64,000 nucleotides of DNA from an uncultured Gemmatimonadales bacterium (GTDB lineage Bacteria > Gemmatimonadota > Gemmatimonadetes > Gemmatimonadales > GWC2-71-9), in contig CAWGED010000008.1 of NCBI GenBank assembly GCA_963821525.1, positions 227,773 to 291,772 of the forward strand. Reading direction: 5' to 3'. Below are positions 20,253-30,463 of this stretch, piece after piece (the first letter of the stretch is position 1; each line of letters starts with the position of its first letter). Made by a program: the position numbers and the translations under genes. The notes below the pieces were generated by a model that ran no database searches, had not been told where the DNA came from, and saw only the letters and a list, made by a program, of their open reading frames with translations.

Positions 20253-21503
20253 ATGGCGCGTTGCTTTCCGGTCAGGACACTCTGTCTCGGCTTGCTGATC
20301 GCGCTGCCGAGCGTCCTCCTATCCCAGCAGACAAAGCCGCGAGCCCGTGACTGGGGCATTCCCTTCGGCGGAACCCCTGGACCGCTCAACGCCATCACCG
20401 ACGTAAAGGGTATCGAGGTCGGTCAGGTGACGCTGATCGAAGGTGAGGGGAAGCTGCAGCGGGGCAAGGGTCCGGTCCGCACCGGGGTTACCGCCATTCT
20501 GCCGAGGGGGAAGAAGGATTCCGATCCGGTCTTCGCCGCCTGGTGGACCCTGAACGGCAATGGCGAAATGACCGGGACGACGTGGGTCGAGGAGTCCGGG
20601 TTCCTGTGGGGCCCGGTGATGATCACCAATACGATGAGCGTCGGCGTCGTGCGTGACGCGGTAATCGAATGGGCCATCGAACGGGGCTACGACGATTTTC
20701 TCTGGGCGCTCCCGGTCGTGGCGGAGACCTGGGATGGCGGGCTCAACGACATCGACGGCTTTCACATCACCAAGCAGCACGCGTTCGATGCGCTGGATAA
20801 GGCGGCAGGGGGGCCGGTCACCGAAGGCAATGTCGGCGGCGGGACCGGGATGGTCTGTCACGAGTTCAAAGGCGGGATCGGGACTTCGTCCCGCAAGCTG
20901 AGCAGCGCGGCCGGCGGTTTTACGGTCGGCGTACTGGTGCAATGCAACTATGGCATCCGCCGCCGGCTGAGCATCGCGGGAGTGCCGATCGGTCAGGAGA
21001 TTTCAGATCTGATGCCCTGCTACGTCGCGGGGCCGCCGGTGGAGTCGCCGGGTCCGGAGTATCCGACCTGCGGCGGGAAAGCCACCGGGCTCATCCCCGA
21101 GGACCCGGGGGCCGAACGCGGTTCCATCATCATCGTGGTCGCGACCGACGCGCCGCTCCTGCCCCACCAGCTGAAGCGCCTCGCAAAGCGGGCGGCACTT
21201 GGCGTGGGACGCATGGGCGGACTGGGCGGGGATTCCTCAGGAGACATCTTCATCGCATTTTCGACTGCCAATCCCCATGCCGCGGTCGCCGACAGCGGCG
21301 CCCGCACGGTTCAGCTGTGGCCCAACGACCGGATCAACTCGCTTTTTGAAGCGACGGTCGACGCCACCGAGGAAGCGATTACCAACGCGATGGTAGCCGC
21401 GGAGACGATGACCGGCGCCAACAGTCTTCGGGTCTTTGCGTTGCCGAGGGAGAGGGTCGTGGAGTCGCTGCGAGCGCACGGACGGATAGTTCGGAAGCCT
21501 TAA
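20253..21503 (+). CDS. dmpA: DmpA-type (P1/S58) aminopeptidase, exported
   Basis: 'NAITDV.G..VG', 'GNVGGGTGM', autocleavage site 'G-SIIIVVATD', 'SSGDIF'. Confidence 0.9.
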   Translation: MARCFPVRTLCLGLLIALPSVLLSQQTKPRARDWGIPFGGTPGPLNAITDVKGIEVGQVTLIEGEGKLQRGKGPVRTGVTAILPRGKKDSDPVFAAWWTLNGNGEMTGTTWVEESGFLWGPVMITNTMSVGVVRDAVIEWAIERGYDDFLWALPVVAETWDGGLNDIDGFHITKQHAFDALDKAAGGPVTEGNVGGGTGMVCHEFKGGIGTSSRKLSSAAGGFTVGVLVQCNYGIRRRLSIAGVPIGQEISDLMPCYVAGPPVESPGPEYPTCGGKATGLIPEDPGAERGSIIIVVATDAPLLPHQLKRLAKRAALGVGRMGGLGGDSSGDIFIAFSTANPHAAVADSGARTVQLWPNDRINSLFEATVDATEEAITNAMVAAETMTGANSLRVFALPRERVVESLRAHGRIVRKP

Positions 21504-21524
21504 GGCACTCAACCCAAGAACAAG

Positions 21525-22319
21525 ATGACCGAGCCACGACCCACAGCTCTTGTCACGGGTGCATCGAGCGGCATCGGGCTCGAGCTGGCCCGGCTCTTCG
21601 CCAAGGGCGGCCACGATCTCATCCTGGTCGCCCGGAACGAAGCCAAGATGAACGAGCTCGCGCTCTATCTCGGCAAGATGTACCGCTGCAGCGTCGAGGT
21701 CATTCCGGCCGATCTCAGCCAGCCCGAAGTTCCCGAGGCGCTGGTGGAGGAACTGAAGACTCGGGGACTCACCGTGGACGTGCTGGTCAACAACGCGGGG
21801 TTCGGCGAGAGCAAGCCGTTCGTGGAGCAGGATCTCCGGCGGATCATGGAAATGATCCAGCTCAACATGACGACGCTGACTCAGCTCACCCGGCTCATCC
21901 TGCCCCGCATGATCGCCGCCAAGCAGGGGAGGATTCTCAACGTTGCCTCGACGGCCGCGTTCGCTCCGGGCCCCCTGATGGCGGTCTACTACGCAACCAA
22001 AGCGTACGTGCTCTCGTTCTCCGAGGCGATAGGCAACGAGCTCAAGGGGACCGGCGTCACCGTGACGGCGCTCTGTCCCGGGCCTACCCGGACTGGTTTC
22101 GCGACGGCGGCGGGCGTGACCAACACCAATTTGTTCAACGCTCCCGGCGTCATGGACGCCGCACCCGTGGCAGAGGCCGGTTACCGCGGGTGTATGAAGG
22201 GGAAGGCCGTCGTCATTCCAGGCTTGCTGAACAAGGTGCTGGTGTGGGGGATCGCGCTTAGCCCCCGGTGGATGGTGACGCCGATCTCTCGGCGGTTGCA
22301 GGAGCGGAAGGTGGAGTAG
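21525..22319 (+). CDS. short-chain dehydrogenase/reductase
   Basis: TGASSGIG, NNAG and YYATK motifs. Confidence 0.93.
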   Translation: MTEPRPTALVTGASSGIGLELARLFAKGGHDLILVARNEAKMNELALYLGKMYRCSVEVIPADLSQPEVPEALVEELKTRGLTVDVLVNNAGFGESKPFVEQDLRRIMEMIQLNMTTLTQLTRLILPRMIAAKQGRILNVASTAAFAPGPLMAVYYATKAYVLSFSEAIGNELKGTGVTVTALCPGPTRTGFATAAGVTNTNLFNAPGVMDAAPVAEAGYRGCMKGKAVVIPGLLNKVLVWGIALSPRWMVTPISRRLQERKVE

Positions 22320-22438
22320 TCGATGGGTCGTGAGTCTTGGTCATGAGAGTCTCAGGCTGAGTTCGGTCTCTCCCCAAGCGTCGACCATGACTCACGACCC
22401 ATCGACCCATCGACTCACGACTCAAGACTCAACGACCC
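22317..22438. repeat. fold-back heptamer array (TGAGTCG)n ... (CGACTCA/CGACCCA)n
   Basis: Starts at the SDR stop; right arm gactcacgacccatcgacccatcgactcacgactcaagactc. Confidence 0.8.
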
Positions 22439-22445
22439 ACACGCC

Positions 22446-22766
22446 ATGACTCTCCGCGACAGCCAAGCCCGGGTCGACGCCTGGATCAGCCAGTTCGAAG
22501 AAGGCTATTTCCCGCCGCTCACCAACATGGCCCGCCTCAGCGAGGAGGTGGGTGAGCTGGCGCGCGAGATCAACCACCGCTTCGGGCAGAAGACCAAGAA
22601 GAAGGACGAGCCCGAGGGCGATCTCGCCATGGAGATGGCCGACATCCTGTTCGTCATCATCTGCATGGCGAATCGGGAAGGGATCGATCTGCAGGAAGCG
22701 TTCGACCGGATGATGGCAAAGGTCGAGCACCGGGACACGACGCGCTGGACCAAAAAAGGGCGCTGA
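22446..22766 (+). CDS. MazG-like nucleotide pyrophosphohydrolase (YpjD family)
   Basis: 'YFPPLTNMARLSEEVGELARE' and 'EMADILFV'. Confidence 0.9.
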   Translation: MTLRDSQARVDAWISQFEEGYFPPLTNMARLSEEVGELAREINHRFGQKTKKKDEPEGDLAMEMADILFVIICMANREGIDLQEAFDRMMAKVEHRDTTRWTKKGR

Positions 22767-25672
22767 ATGGACGACTCGCTCGAACGACTCTCAGCCGCCC
22801 TGGCCGGCCGCTACACGATCGAGAGCCGGGCTGGTCAGGGCGGAATGGCCACGGTCTACCGGGCGATGGATCAGAAGCATCACCGGCTGGTGGCCATCAA
22901 GGTGCTGCGCCCCGAGTTGTCGGCCACGGTCGGATCCGAGCGCTTCCTGCGCGAAATCGACATGTCGGCCCGCCTGCAGCATCCCCACATCGTGCCGGTG
23001 TATGACTCGGGAGACGCGAACGGCGTCCTCTACTATGTGATGCCCTTCGTCGAAGGAGAATCGCTGCGCGACCGGCTCACCCGGGAAGGGAAGCTGCCGT
23101 TCGAAGAAGCGGTCCGCCTCAACGGCGAAGTCGCCAGCGCGCTCGCCTACGCCCACGCTCACGGCATCATCCACCGCGACATCAAGCCGGAGAACATCAT
23201 GCTGTCGGGCGGGCACGCCGTGGTGACCGACTTCGGCATTGCCCGGGCGCTCAGCGCCGCCACCGACGGGGGACCCCAACTCACCGGCCTCGGCCTCGCG
23301 ATCGGGACGCCGGCGTACATGAGTCCCGAGCAGGCGACCGCCAGCGAGGTCGATGCCCGGAGCGATCAGTATTCGCTCGCCTGCGTCTTCTACGAGATGG
23401 CGACCGGCCAGGCCCCCTTCCGCGGGGCCCAGGTCCAGGCCGTCATCACCCAGAGCCTCACGGGGCCGAGGCCGCGGGTCAGCAGGGTCAACCGAGAGAC
23501 TCCACAAGAAGCCGACGCGCCGGTACAGCGAGCGATGGCCGCCGATCCGGCTGCCCGCTATGCCACCGTTCAGGAATTCGCCGCGGCGCTGGAGAAGATC
23601 GCCGGCGGTGGCGCAGGCGCGGTCGAGGAGCGTCGCCGGCTCAAGCGCCTGGTGATCGGTTTGCCAGTGGGCGTCGCCTTGCTGGCGCTAGGGTGGATCC
23701 TCTTCGGACCCCGACGCAGCGGACCGGTGATGCAGGGGGCCGAGAGCATCGCCGTGCTTCCCTTCACTGCGTCGGGTCAGGGAGTAGACCTGATGGGCGA
23801 GGGGATGGTCGATCTCCTCACCACCAACCTGAATTCCGTGGGCGGCATCCGTGCGGTGGATCCCCGTACGGTAATGGCCCGGGTGAAAAAGGCCGGTGCC
23901 ACGTCGGGCATAGATCTTCAAACGGGACTCAGCATTGCCCGCGACGTGAAGGCACAGGCGGTCGTGCTGGGAAGCATCGTGGCAACCGGAAATGCGGTGA
24001 GGATCAGCGCCGACCTCTACGGCCAGGATGGGAAATCGCTGGCCCATGCCCAGGTAGACGGAGCGGCGGACAGCGTGCTGCCGCTGGTAGATGGCCTGAG
24101 TCGTGAGCTGGTGAGAGAAATCTGGCGATCGAAGGAGCCGGTTCCTTCACTCCGGGTGAGCGGACTGACGACGGGCTCCCTCACCGCGATGCGAGACTAC
24201 CTGACGGGTGAGCAGTTCTACCGCCGCGCCGAATGGGACTCGGCGGCCGCCGCGTTTGGTGCCGCGGTCGAGGAAGATTCGACGTTCGCCCTCGCGCAAT
24301 TCCGGCTGGCGATGGCGCTCGGCTGGAAGGGCGGGTACGCCCTGCCCCAGGCCCGCGCGGCCAGCGAAGCCGCCCTTCGCTTCGCGACCCGCTTGCCACC
24401 GAGAGAAAAAGCGTTGGTTACGGCCTACCAGCTCTTTTCTTACGGGCGTACCGCCGCTGTGGACAGCATGCGAAAGTATGTCGCAGCGTGGCCGGACGAC
24501 ATCGAGGGCTGGAACCTGCTGGGAGAAACCCAGTATCACACCCGGGAGCGGAACGGCCTCGACCCAGCGACGCTGGAGCAGCCGTTCGACAAGGTGATCG
24601 CGGCGGATTCCTCGCTCACTCCGTCGATGATCCATCCGATGGAGCTGGCGCTGGGGATCCGGGACTCGGTCAAGTTCAACCGGTACCTGGCGCTGTTTCG
24701 CTCGGGAGCGACTCGCCGGAGAGTACGAGGCGTTTCAAGGCCGCTGGCGATCTGGTCTGGCGTGGGATCCCGCCCGACAGCCAGGCGATCAAGCATCTGG
24801 CCAGCCAAATCGGCGCGCTGATGGCCACGTTCAAGGCTGCGCAGGTCGATCCCAAGACCAGCTCCGATATGGTGCTGGACCGCTACGCCATCGTCGCGAA
24901 GACAGCCCTGGTCGCGCAGCCAACCGATCAGAATCGGCTGCAGCAGATCGCCGCCCGGGGGATGCTCCTGACCAGTCTCGGCCGGTTTGCCGAGGCGAGA
25001 CGCCTGGCCGACTCGATGGGCGCGACGGGTCCGGCGGCACTGCACACGTCCGGTGCCATTTATGTCTTTCCCGTGTTGCTGGGTATCGCTCCACCGGGTT
25101 ACGCCGATTCCACGATCGCGCACATGTCAAAGATTCCGATCAACAGCCCCTTCGAGGGCTTCGTCGTCGCCGAGACCTATCTCGGTCACGGCGATGTAGC
25201 GCGGGGTGGCCGAATCATCGACAGCCTGTTGGCCAGCGACACCACGAAGTACCCGGATTTCCTCCGCGGGGCGCTGGTTGCGGGTCAGGGCTGGAAGAGG
25301 ATGGCCGCCGGGGATACGGCGGGCGGGATTGCACAGATGAGGCGGGGCATCGAGGCATTGGGCCTCCAGGGCGGGCCGATCATCAGCGGCGCGGTCCGCC
25401 TCCAGTTCGCGCTCGGTCTGGCCTCTCAGGCAGCCACGCGGGAAGAAGGAATTCGGCTTCTCGAAAATGGCTTCGACAGCGACCTCCTCTTTACGCCTCT
25501 CACGTTTCTCGCGCTGGGTCGGGCGTACGAGGCGGCCGGCAATCGCCCCGCCGCGGCGGATGCGTATGCGCAATTCCTGAGACTCTGGGACAAGGCCGAT
25601 CCCAAGGTCCAGGGGAGAGTGCAGCAGGCGAAGGATGGGCTGGTGCGGGTGACGGGGGAGCCGAAGAACTGA
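22767..25672 (+). CDS. Ser/Thr kinase - TM - TolB-like/TPR domain (frameshift ~24715)
   Basis: Kinase motifs, 'SIAVLPF', C-terminal TPR 'LGRAYEAAGN..AA.AY..FLRLWDKAD' in a second frame. Confidence 0.88.
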
Positions 25673-25775
25673 AATTGCAGAATTGAAGATTGCAGATTGA
25701 CGATTTATTGAGGGATTAGGGATAGAGAATTGCAGGCAGTTCAATCTTCAATCTGCAATTTTCAATCTGCAATTC
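25670..25775. repeat. fold-back heptamer array (CAGATTG/AAGATTG)n ... (CAATCTG/CAATCTT)n
   Basis: Lies between convergent genes; both stops fall within the arms. Confidence 0.85.
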
Positions 25776-27397
25776 CCCCCCTTCGAACGGGCCTGAGGGT
25801 ATCCACCCGCTCCTTCCAGCGCTTCCGGTCATCCGAGAGTGCTTCGAGAAATTCGGCGAGCACCTTGGATCGCACGATGCTATAGAGGATGATCGCCACG
25901 GAAGGCACGAGCACCGCCACAAAAATCCCCACTCTCAGCCAGCCAAGGTTGGTCGGCGTAGGCGAAGAGATTCATCCCCAGGATTCCCGTCGCGACCGTT
26001 CCGATCAGGCCTAGCGCGGTGACTACCGTGAGCCGCACCACGGTATTCGCTTGTCGCCGCAGGCTGTCGCTGTCCAGGTAGTCATTCATGTCCTTTACTT
26101 CCTCCCGCACTTCGGCGAACAACTGGTCGGTCCCCAAATGGCTGGCCCACATCCGGAATAGCGCCCGCGCTTGATCCTGGGTGGAAACTTCGTGGAACCA
26201 GTAGCGGTGAGTGAACCGGAGGAACGTCTCCATGGTTCGCCGGATGACGCGCTTGAAAATTTTGACCGATTCGACATCCCGCACGTTGAGCCGGCTGATT
26301 GCGAGCACGAGGCGGTCAGACAGCATCAGCAGCGAGGCGCGATGGAAGTGGCTCAGCAGTCCGAGCCTCGCGTACTGGTGGCGGAACTGGCCGAGCAGGC
26401 CCCCCTCAGGGTCTACGAAGAAGGGATCGTTCGCGCTCCCTACCATGGCGAAGGCATGCCCGGAGCAGAGATACCGGGTATTGGTGTCATGGGGCCGTCC
26501 GCCGGTGCCCAGTAGCGGTCGTAGCAGTAGCGGGACTCGAAGTCCATCAGCGATCGAGCCGAGAAGGGCAGCGTGTCCGCATCCCGGAAGGGGCGCCGAG
26601 GGCCAGGCGGGCAAAGGTCGCGCGGCTAAGGGCGGCCGGGTTGTCGAGCGCCAGGTAGGCCATCCACGGCATGCGGGTAGTACTCGATTTGCCGGTAGCG
26701 CGAGAGGGCCTGGCTTGTCGCTGTCATGACCCACCAGCGGCTCCAGCAGGTATTCCCAGTGGGAAGCGATACAGGCAGTCCGATGCTCCGCCACGAAGCG
26801 GAGGTAGCGATCTCGTTGCTCGAAGTCCGAGGTGGCGAGAACGGCCCCGTTGGACGAGATCCACTCTACCCGCTCGAGGCAGTGGCCGCCTCGCCCGTCG
26901 GTATTCCAGAAGGCGGGGAAGGCACGGCCGAAGCGAAACAGGGTGTCCTGAATGGTGGGAAGTGGCAGATCCTCGGCGCGGATCTCGAGGGCGAGAACAA
27001 CAATCTCTACATCGAAGAAGAAGTAGAGCTGGACGCTCTCTACCGCGAAATCGATCGGTTGGGAACCGCGCTCGAAGGTGAGGCGGGCCGTTGCGATATC
27101 GTCGCGCTGGAGGATCCGGATGGGCGATTGCCCTGGAGTCCCCTCTGATCCCTGCGGCTCACCGTACAGGCAGCGCTGCACATAGGGCAGGAAGCTTACG
27201 AACTCACTGTACTGCTGTTCCCTGGAGAGATCGGCACCGACGCCACGCACCTTCCGCCAAGGGCCGGCCAGGCTTTCCAGCACCTCCCACGGTGGTGTAC
27301 CCCTGCTGGCCTCGACCGAAACCAGCTGCAGAGGCCACAGCAGGATCGCGTGGAAGCGTCGGACCTGGGGCGGAGATCCAGCGGCAGCGGTCGTCAT
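25762..27397 (-). CDS. protein with CorA-like C-terminal 2-TM domain (several frameshifts)
   Basis: 'RLTVVT..G..ATGILGMN' CorA signature; second TM is in an alternate frame ending TGA 25762; 26500-26700 is garbled by indels. Confidence 0.75.
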
Positions 27398-27464
27398 GAG
27401 AGTGATCCGGAGATGAACTCCATATGACCACCGCCGTTGCCCGGATCGGCAAGAGGCGAGGGTC

Positions 27465-28376
27465 TTACTCCCAATGCCGGGGGGCGTCCTCCAGCTCGGC
27501 GAGGAGCACCCGATAGCTCTCCATCCGGTCGGCGCTAACCTCGCCCCGCTCCACCGCGGCGGTCACCGCGCAGCCAGGCTCGCCCATGTGCCGGCAATCG
27601 GGATACCGGCAGAATCCCAGCAGCGGCTGCAGCTCTGGAAAGCAGCGCGGCAGATCGCCGGGATCGATCCCCCAGAGCCCGACGTCGCTGAACCCGGGTG
27701 TGTCTACGATGAAGGCGTCGTGTCCGACCGGGACCATCACGGCGGAGACGGTGGTGTTGGCACCCCGCTTGATCCGGGCACTGATTTCTCCGGTACGAAG
27801 GTCCAGGCCCGGCGCGAGCGCATTCAGCAGACTCGATTTCCCCGCTCCTGAAGGGCCGGCCACGACGGTCACCCGGCCTGCCAGTCGCTCCTTCAGCAAT
27901 TCGAGACCCGCGCCGGTCCGGACGCTGGTACGGAACACCGGATAGCCGGCGCGCTGGAACCGGGCCGCCAGCTCATCTCCCGGATCGAGATCGGTCTTGT
28001 TGAGGACGACTGCCGCCGCGATATCATTCGCCGCGGCGACGACGAGAAGTCGATCGATCAGCTGGGGAATCGGGAGAGGATTGATGGTCGCGGTGACGAC
28101 GAGAACTTCATCCACGTTCGCGGCCACCGGGCGGGTTCCACGGCCATCGGGGACTCGCCTCGCGAGGAGACTGTGCCGCTCCTCGACCTGCGAGATCCCG
28201 AAGGCATCGGCCACGCCGGATTCGGCGTCGAGCCGCACGTGGTCGCCAACCACCACGCGAGTCTCGCCCCTTTTCGCCTTGCCCCGCAGGATGGCCCGAA
28301 CGATTCCCTGCTCGGTCGCGACCCGGTAGACGGAACCGTCGCGCTCCAGCACCGTGCCGCGAAGCAGAGTCACCAC
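27465..28376 (-). CDS. rsgA: ribosome small subunit-dependent GTPase A
   Basis: Circularly permuted NKTD..GPSGAGKSS..DTPG and zinc site CRYPDCRH..EPGC. Confidence 0.96.
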   Translation of the reverse strand: MVTLLRGTVLERDGSVYRVATEQGIVRAILRGKAKRGETRVVVGDHVRLDAESGVADAFGISQVEERHSLLARRVPDGRGTRPVAANVDEVLVVTATINPLPIPQLIDRLLVVAAANDIAAAVVLNKTDLDPGDELAARFQRAGYPVFRTSVRTGAGLELLKERLAGRVTVVAGPSGAGKSSLLNALAPGLDLRTGEISARIKRGANTTVSAVMVPVGHDAFIVDTPGFSDVGLWGIDPGDLPRCFPELQPLLGFCRYPDCRHMGEPGCAVTAAVERGEVSADRMESYRVLLAELEDAPRHWE

Positions 28377-28687
28377 TCCCCCGGACCGCGGGCGATGGCT
28401 TCATCGAGCGCGCTTTTCACGTCGTAGAGCGAAAGCGCCTTGATCCGCTCCTCCGCCTCGCTCGCGTTCCGGCCCCAGGCCAGGACTTCGGTTTCGACGT
28501 GTCCGACCGGACGGTCGCCGGCGGGAGACCAGCGCACGAACAAGAGCGAGGCGCCATAGCGTCCCCGCTCGTCGGGCTGCTCCTCCACGAAGATGCCGAC
28601 CGAATACGGTTGCCCGTCCTGCCCCGTGAAGGCCGCTGCACGGCCGTGCTTCGCCATGTAGCCGCCCAGGGTGGCCTCGCTGCTCAC
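28370..28687 (-). CDS. conserved hypothetical protein
   Basis: GTG start overlaps the proline dehydrogenase stop (GTGA); 3' end overlaps the rsgA start. Confidence 0.65.
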   Translation of the reverse strand: MSSEATLGGYMAKHGRAAAFTGQDGQPYSVGIFVEEQPDERGRYGASLLFVRWSPAGDRPVGHVETEVLAWGRNASEAEERIKALSLYDVKSALDEAIARGPGEW

Positions 28688-29613
28688 GACCGGGATACGG
28701 CTTCCCTCACGACGCTGCCCATGATGAACGCGATGTTGGCGGGCCGCTCGGCAAGCCGCCGCATGAGATAGGGGTACCACTGAGTTCCGAATGGGATATA
28801 CACCCGCATGTTCCAACCCTCCCGGCGCAGCCGCTCCTGGAGATCGCGCCGGACCCCGTAGAGCATCTGGAACTCGAAGCGCGACGGGTCAATGCCCTCC
28901 CGCTTGGCGTAGTCCTTCGCCTCGGTGATGATGTGCTCGTCGTGGGTGGCAATGCCGGGATAGTTGCCGTTCGCCATCAGCCGCTTCATCAGCTCGACAT
29001 AGGACCGGTCCACGTCGCGCTTGTCGGGAAAGGCCACGGCAGGCGGTTCGAGATACGCCCCTTTGCAGAGCCGGACCCGCGCCTTCATCTCGATGAGGCG
29101 ATCGATGTCCTCCGGAGATCGGCGCAGGCAGGACTGGATGACGACCCCGGTGACCGCCGCGTAGGAACCAAAGAGTTTCCGGGAGAAGAAGTCGAGGGTC
29201 TTCTGGGTGTAGTCCGACCCTTCCATGTCGAGGCGCACGAAGGTATTCAGGGCCTTGGCCTTGTCGAGGATCGTCCGCATATTGGCGAGGCAGAGATCCT
29301 CACTGATATCGAAGCCCATCTGGGTCAGCTTCAGCGACACATTGGAATTCACCCGGGTTTCCGCGATCCGATCCAGCATGCCAAGGTAGGTGTCCCGGGC
29401 GGAGGCGGCCTCGGACTCCTGGGTCACACTCTCGCCCAGGAGATCGAGCGACGCGGTGATGCCCTTGGGATTCACCGAGCGGACCGCCTCGATGGCCGAC
29501 TCGACCGTCTCTCCGGCTACGAAGCGCGAGGCGAATTTGCGGGCGAGGGGATTTTTGCGGACGAAGTTGAAGATCTTCGGCTGCTCGGAGAGCCAGAGAA
29601 GGCCTTTGCGCAT
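28684..29613 (-). CDS. monofunctional proline dehydrogenase
   Basis: 'RFVAGE', 'RLCKGAY.EP', 'IATHD', 'EFQMLYG', 'YLMRRLAERPAN'. Confidence 0.95.
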   Translation of the reverse strand: MRKGLLWLSEQPKIFNFVRKNPLARKFASRFVAGETVESAIEAVRSVNPKGITASLDLLGESVTQESEAASARDTYLGMLDRIAETRVNSNVSLKLTQMGFDISEDLCLANMRTILDKAKALNTFVRLDMEGSDYTQKTLDFFSRKLFGSYAAVTGVVIQSCLRRSPEDIDRLIEMKARVRLCKGAYLEPPAVAFPDKRDVDRSYVELMKRLMANGNYPGIATHDEHIITEAKDYAKREGIDPSRFEFQMLYGVRRDLQERLRREGWNMRVYIPFGTQWYPYLMRRLAERPANIAFIMGSVVREAVSRS

Positions 29614-29721
29614 CGGAAACGGTTGTGGGGAGTCGGAAACGACTGGGCGAGGTCAACGTAACGTTCCCCGGAGACCCCAACAAGCTTGAATAAAGATGCA
29701 GGCGGCTCCCCCGCCCGGCCG

Positions 29722-30450
29722 ATGACCCGGATCGCCATGTGGTCAGGGCCTCGCAACATCTCGACCGCCATGATGCGAGCCTGGGAGAACCGGCCGGACA
29801 CCTGGGTGGTGGACGAGCCGCTGTACGCCCACTATCTCACCCAGGTCCAGGTCAATCATCCGGGGGTTGATGAGGTCATCGCCTCGGGCGATACCGACTG
29901 GCGACGGGTGGTGAGCGGCCTGGTTGGAGAGATTCCGCGGGGCCGCGTCATTTACTACCAGAAGCACATGGCCCATCACTACCTGCCACACTTGCGGGGG
30001 GATTGGGTCCTGAGCCTGACCAACGCCTTCCTGATCAGGCACCCGGCAGAAATGCTGGTGTCTCTCGCCGCGAAAATGGGACCGCCGGCGCTTCGGGACA
30101 CCGGCTTGCCGCAACAGGTGGAAATTTTCCGGCTGGTGCGCGAACGCCTGGGAACGACACCACCGGTGCTGGACGCGGAGGACGTACTTCGGGACCCCAG
30201 AGGCGCCCTCCAGAAATTCTGCGCGGCAGTCGGGGTCGGCTTCAGCGAGCGAATGCTGAGCTGGCCCGCCGGTCCCCGGGAAACCGACGGCGTCTGGAGC
30301 AAGTACTGGTACGACGCGGTGGAGCGCTCGACCGGCTTCGAGCCCTATCAGCCGCGCTCCCGCGAGGTGCCGAAGTCGCTCGAGCCACTTCTCGCGGAAT
30401 GCCTGCCTCACTACGAGGAGCTCGCTCGGTACCGTCTGGTTTCAGCCTGA
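29722..30450 (+). CDS. sulfotransferase-like protein of the aminotransferase-IV-associated family
   Basis: 'RIAMWSGPRNISTAMMR', 'DEPLYA.YL', 'YQKHMAHH', 'DGVW..YWY..V..STGF'. Confidence 0.85.
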   Translation: MTRIAMWSGPRNISTAMMRAWENRPDTWVVDEPLYAHYLTQVQVNHPGVDEVIASGDTDWRRVVSGLVGEIPRGRVIYYQKHMAHHYLPHLRGDWVLSLTNAFLIRHPAEMLVSLAAKMGPPALRDTGLPQQVEIFRLVRERLGTTPPVLDAEDVLRDPRGALQKFCAAVGVGFSERMLSWPAGPRETDGVWSKYWYDAVERSTGFEPYQPRSREVPKSLEPLLAECLPHYEELARYRLVSA

Positions 30451-30463
30451 AAGGATTCACTCG

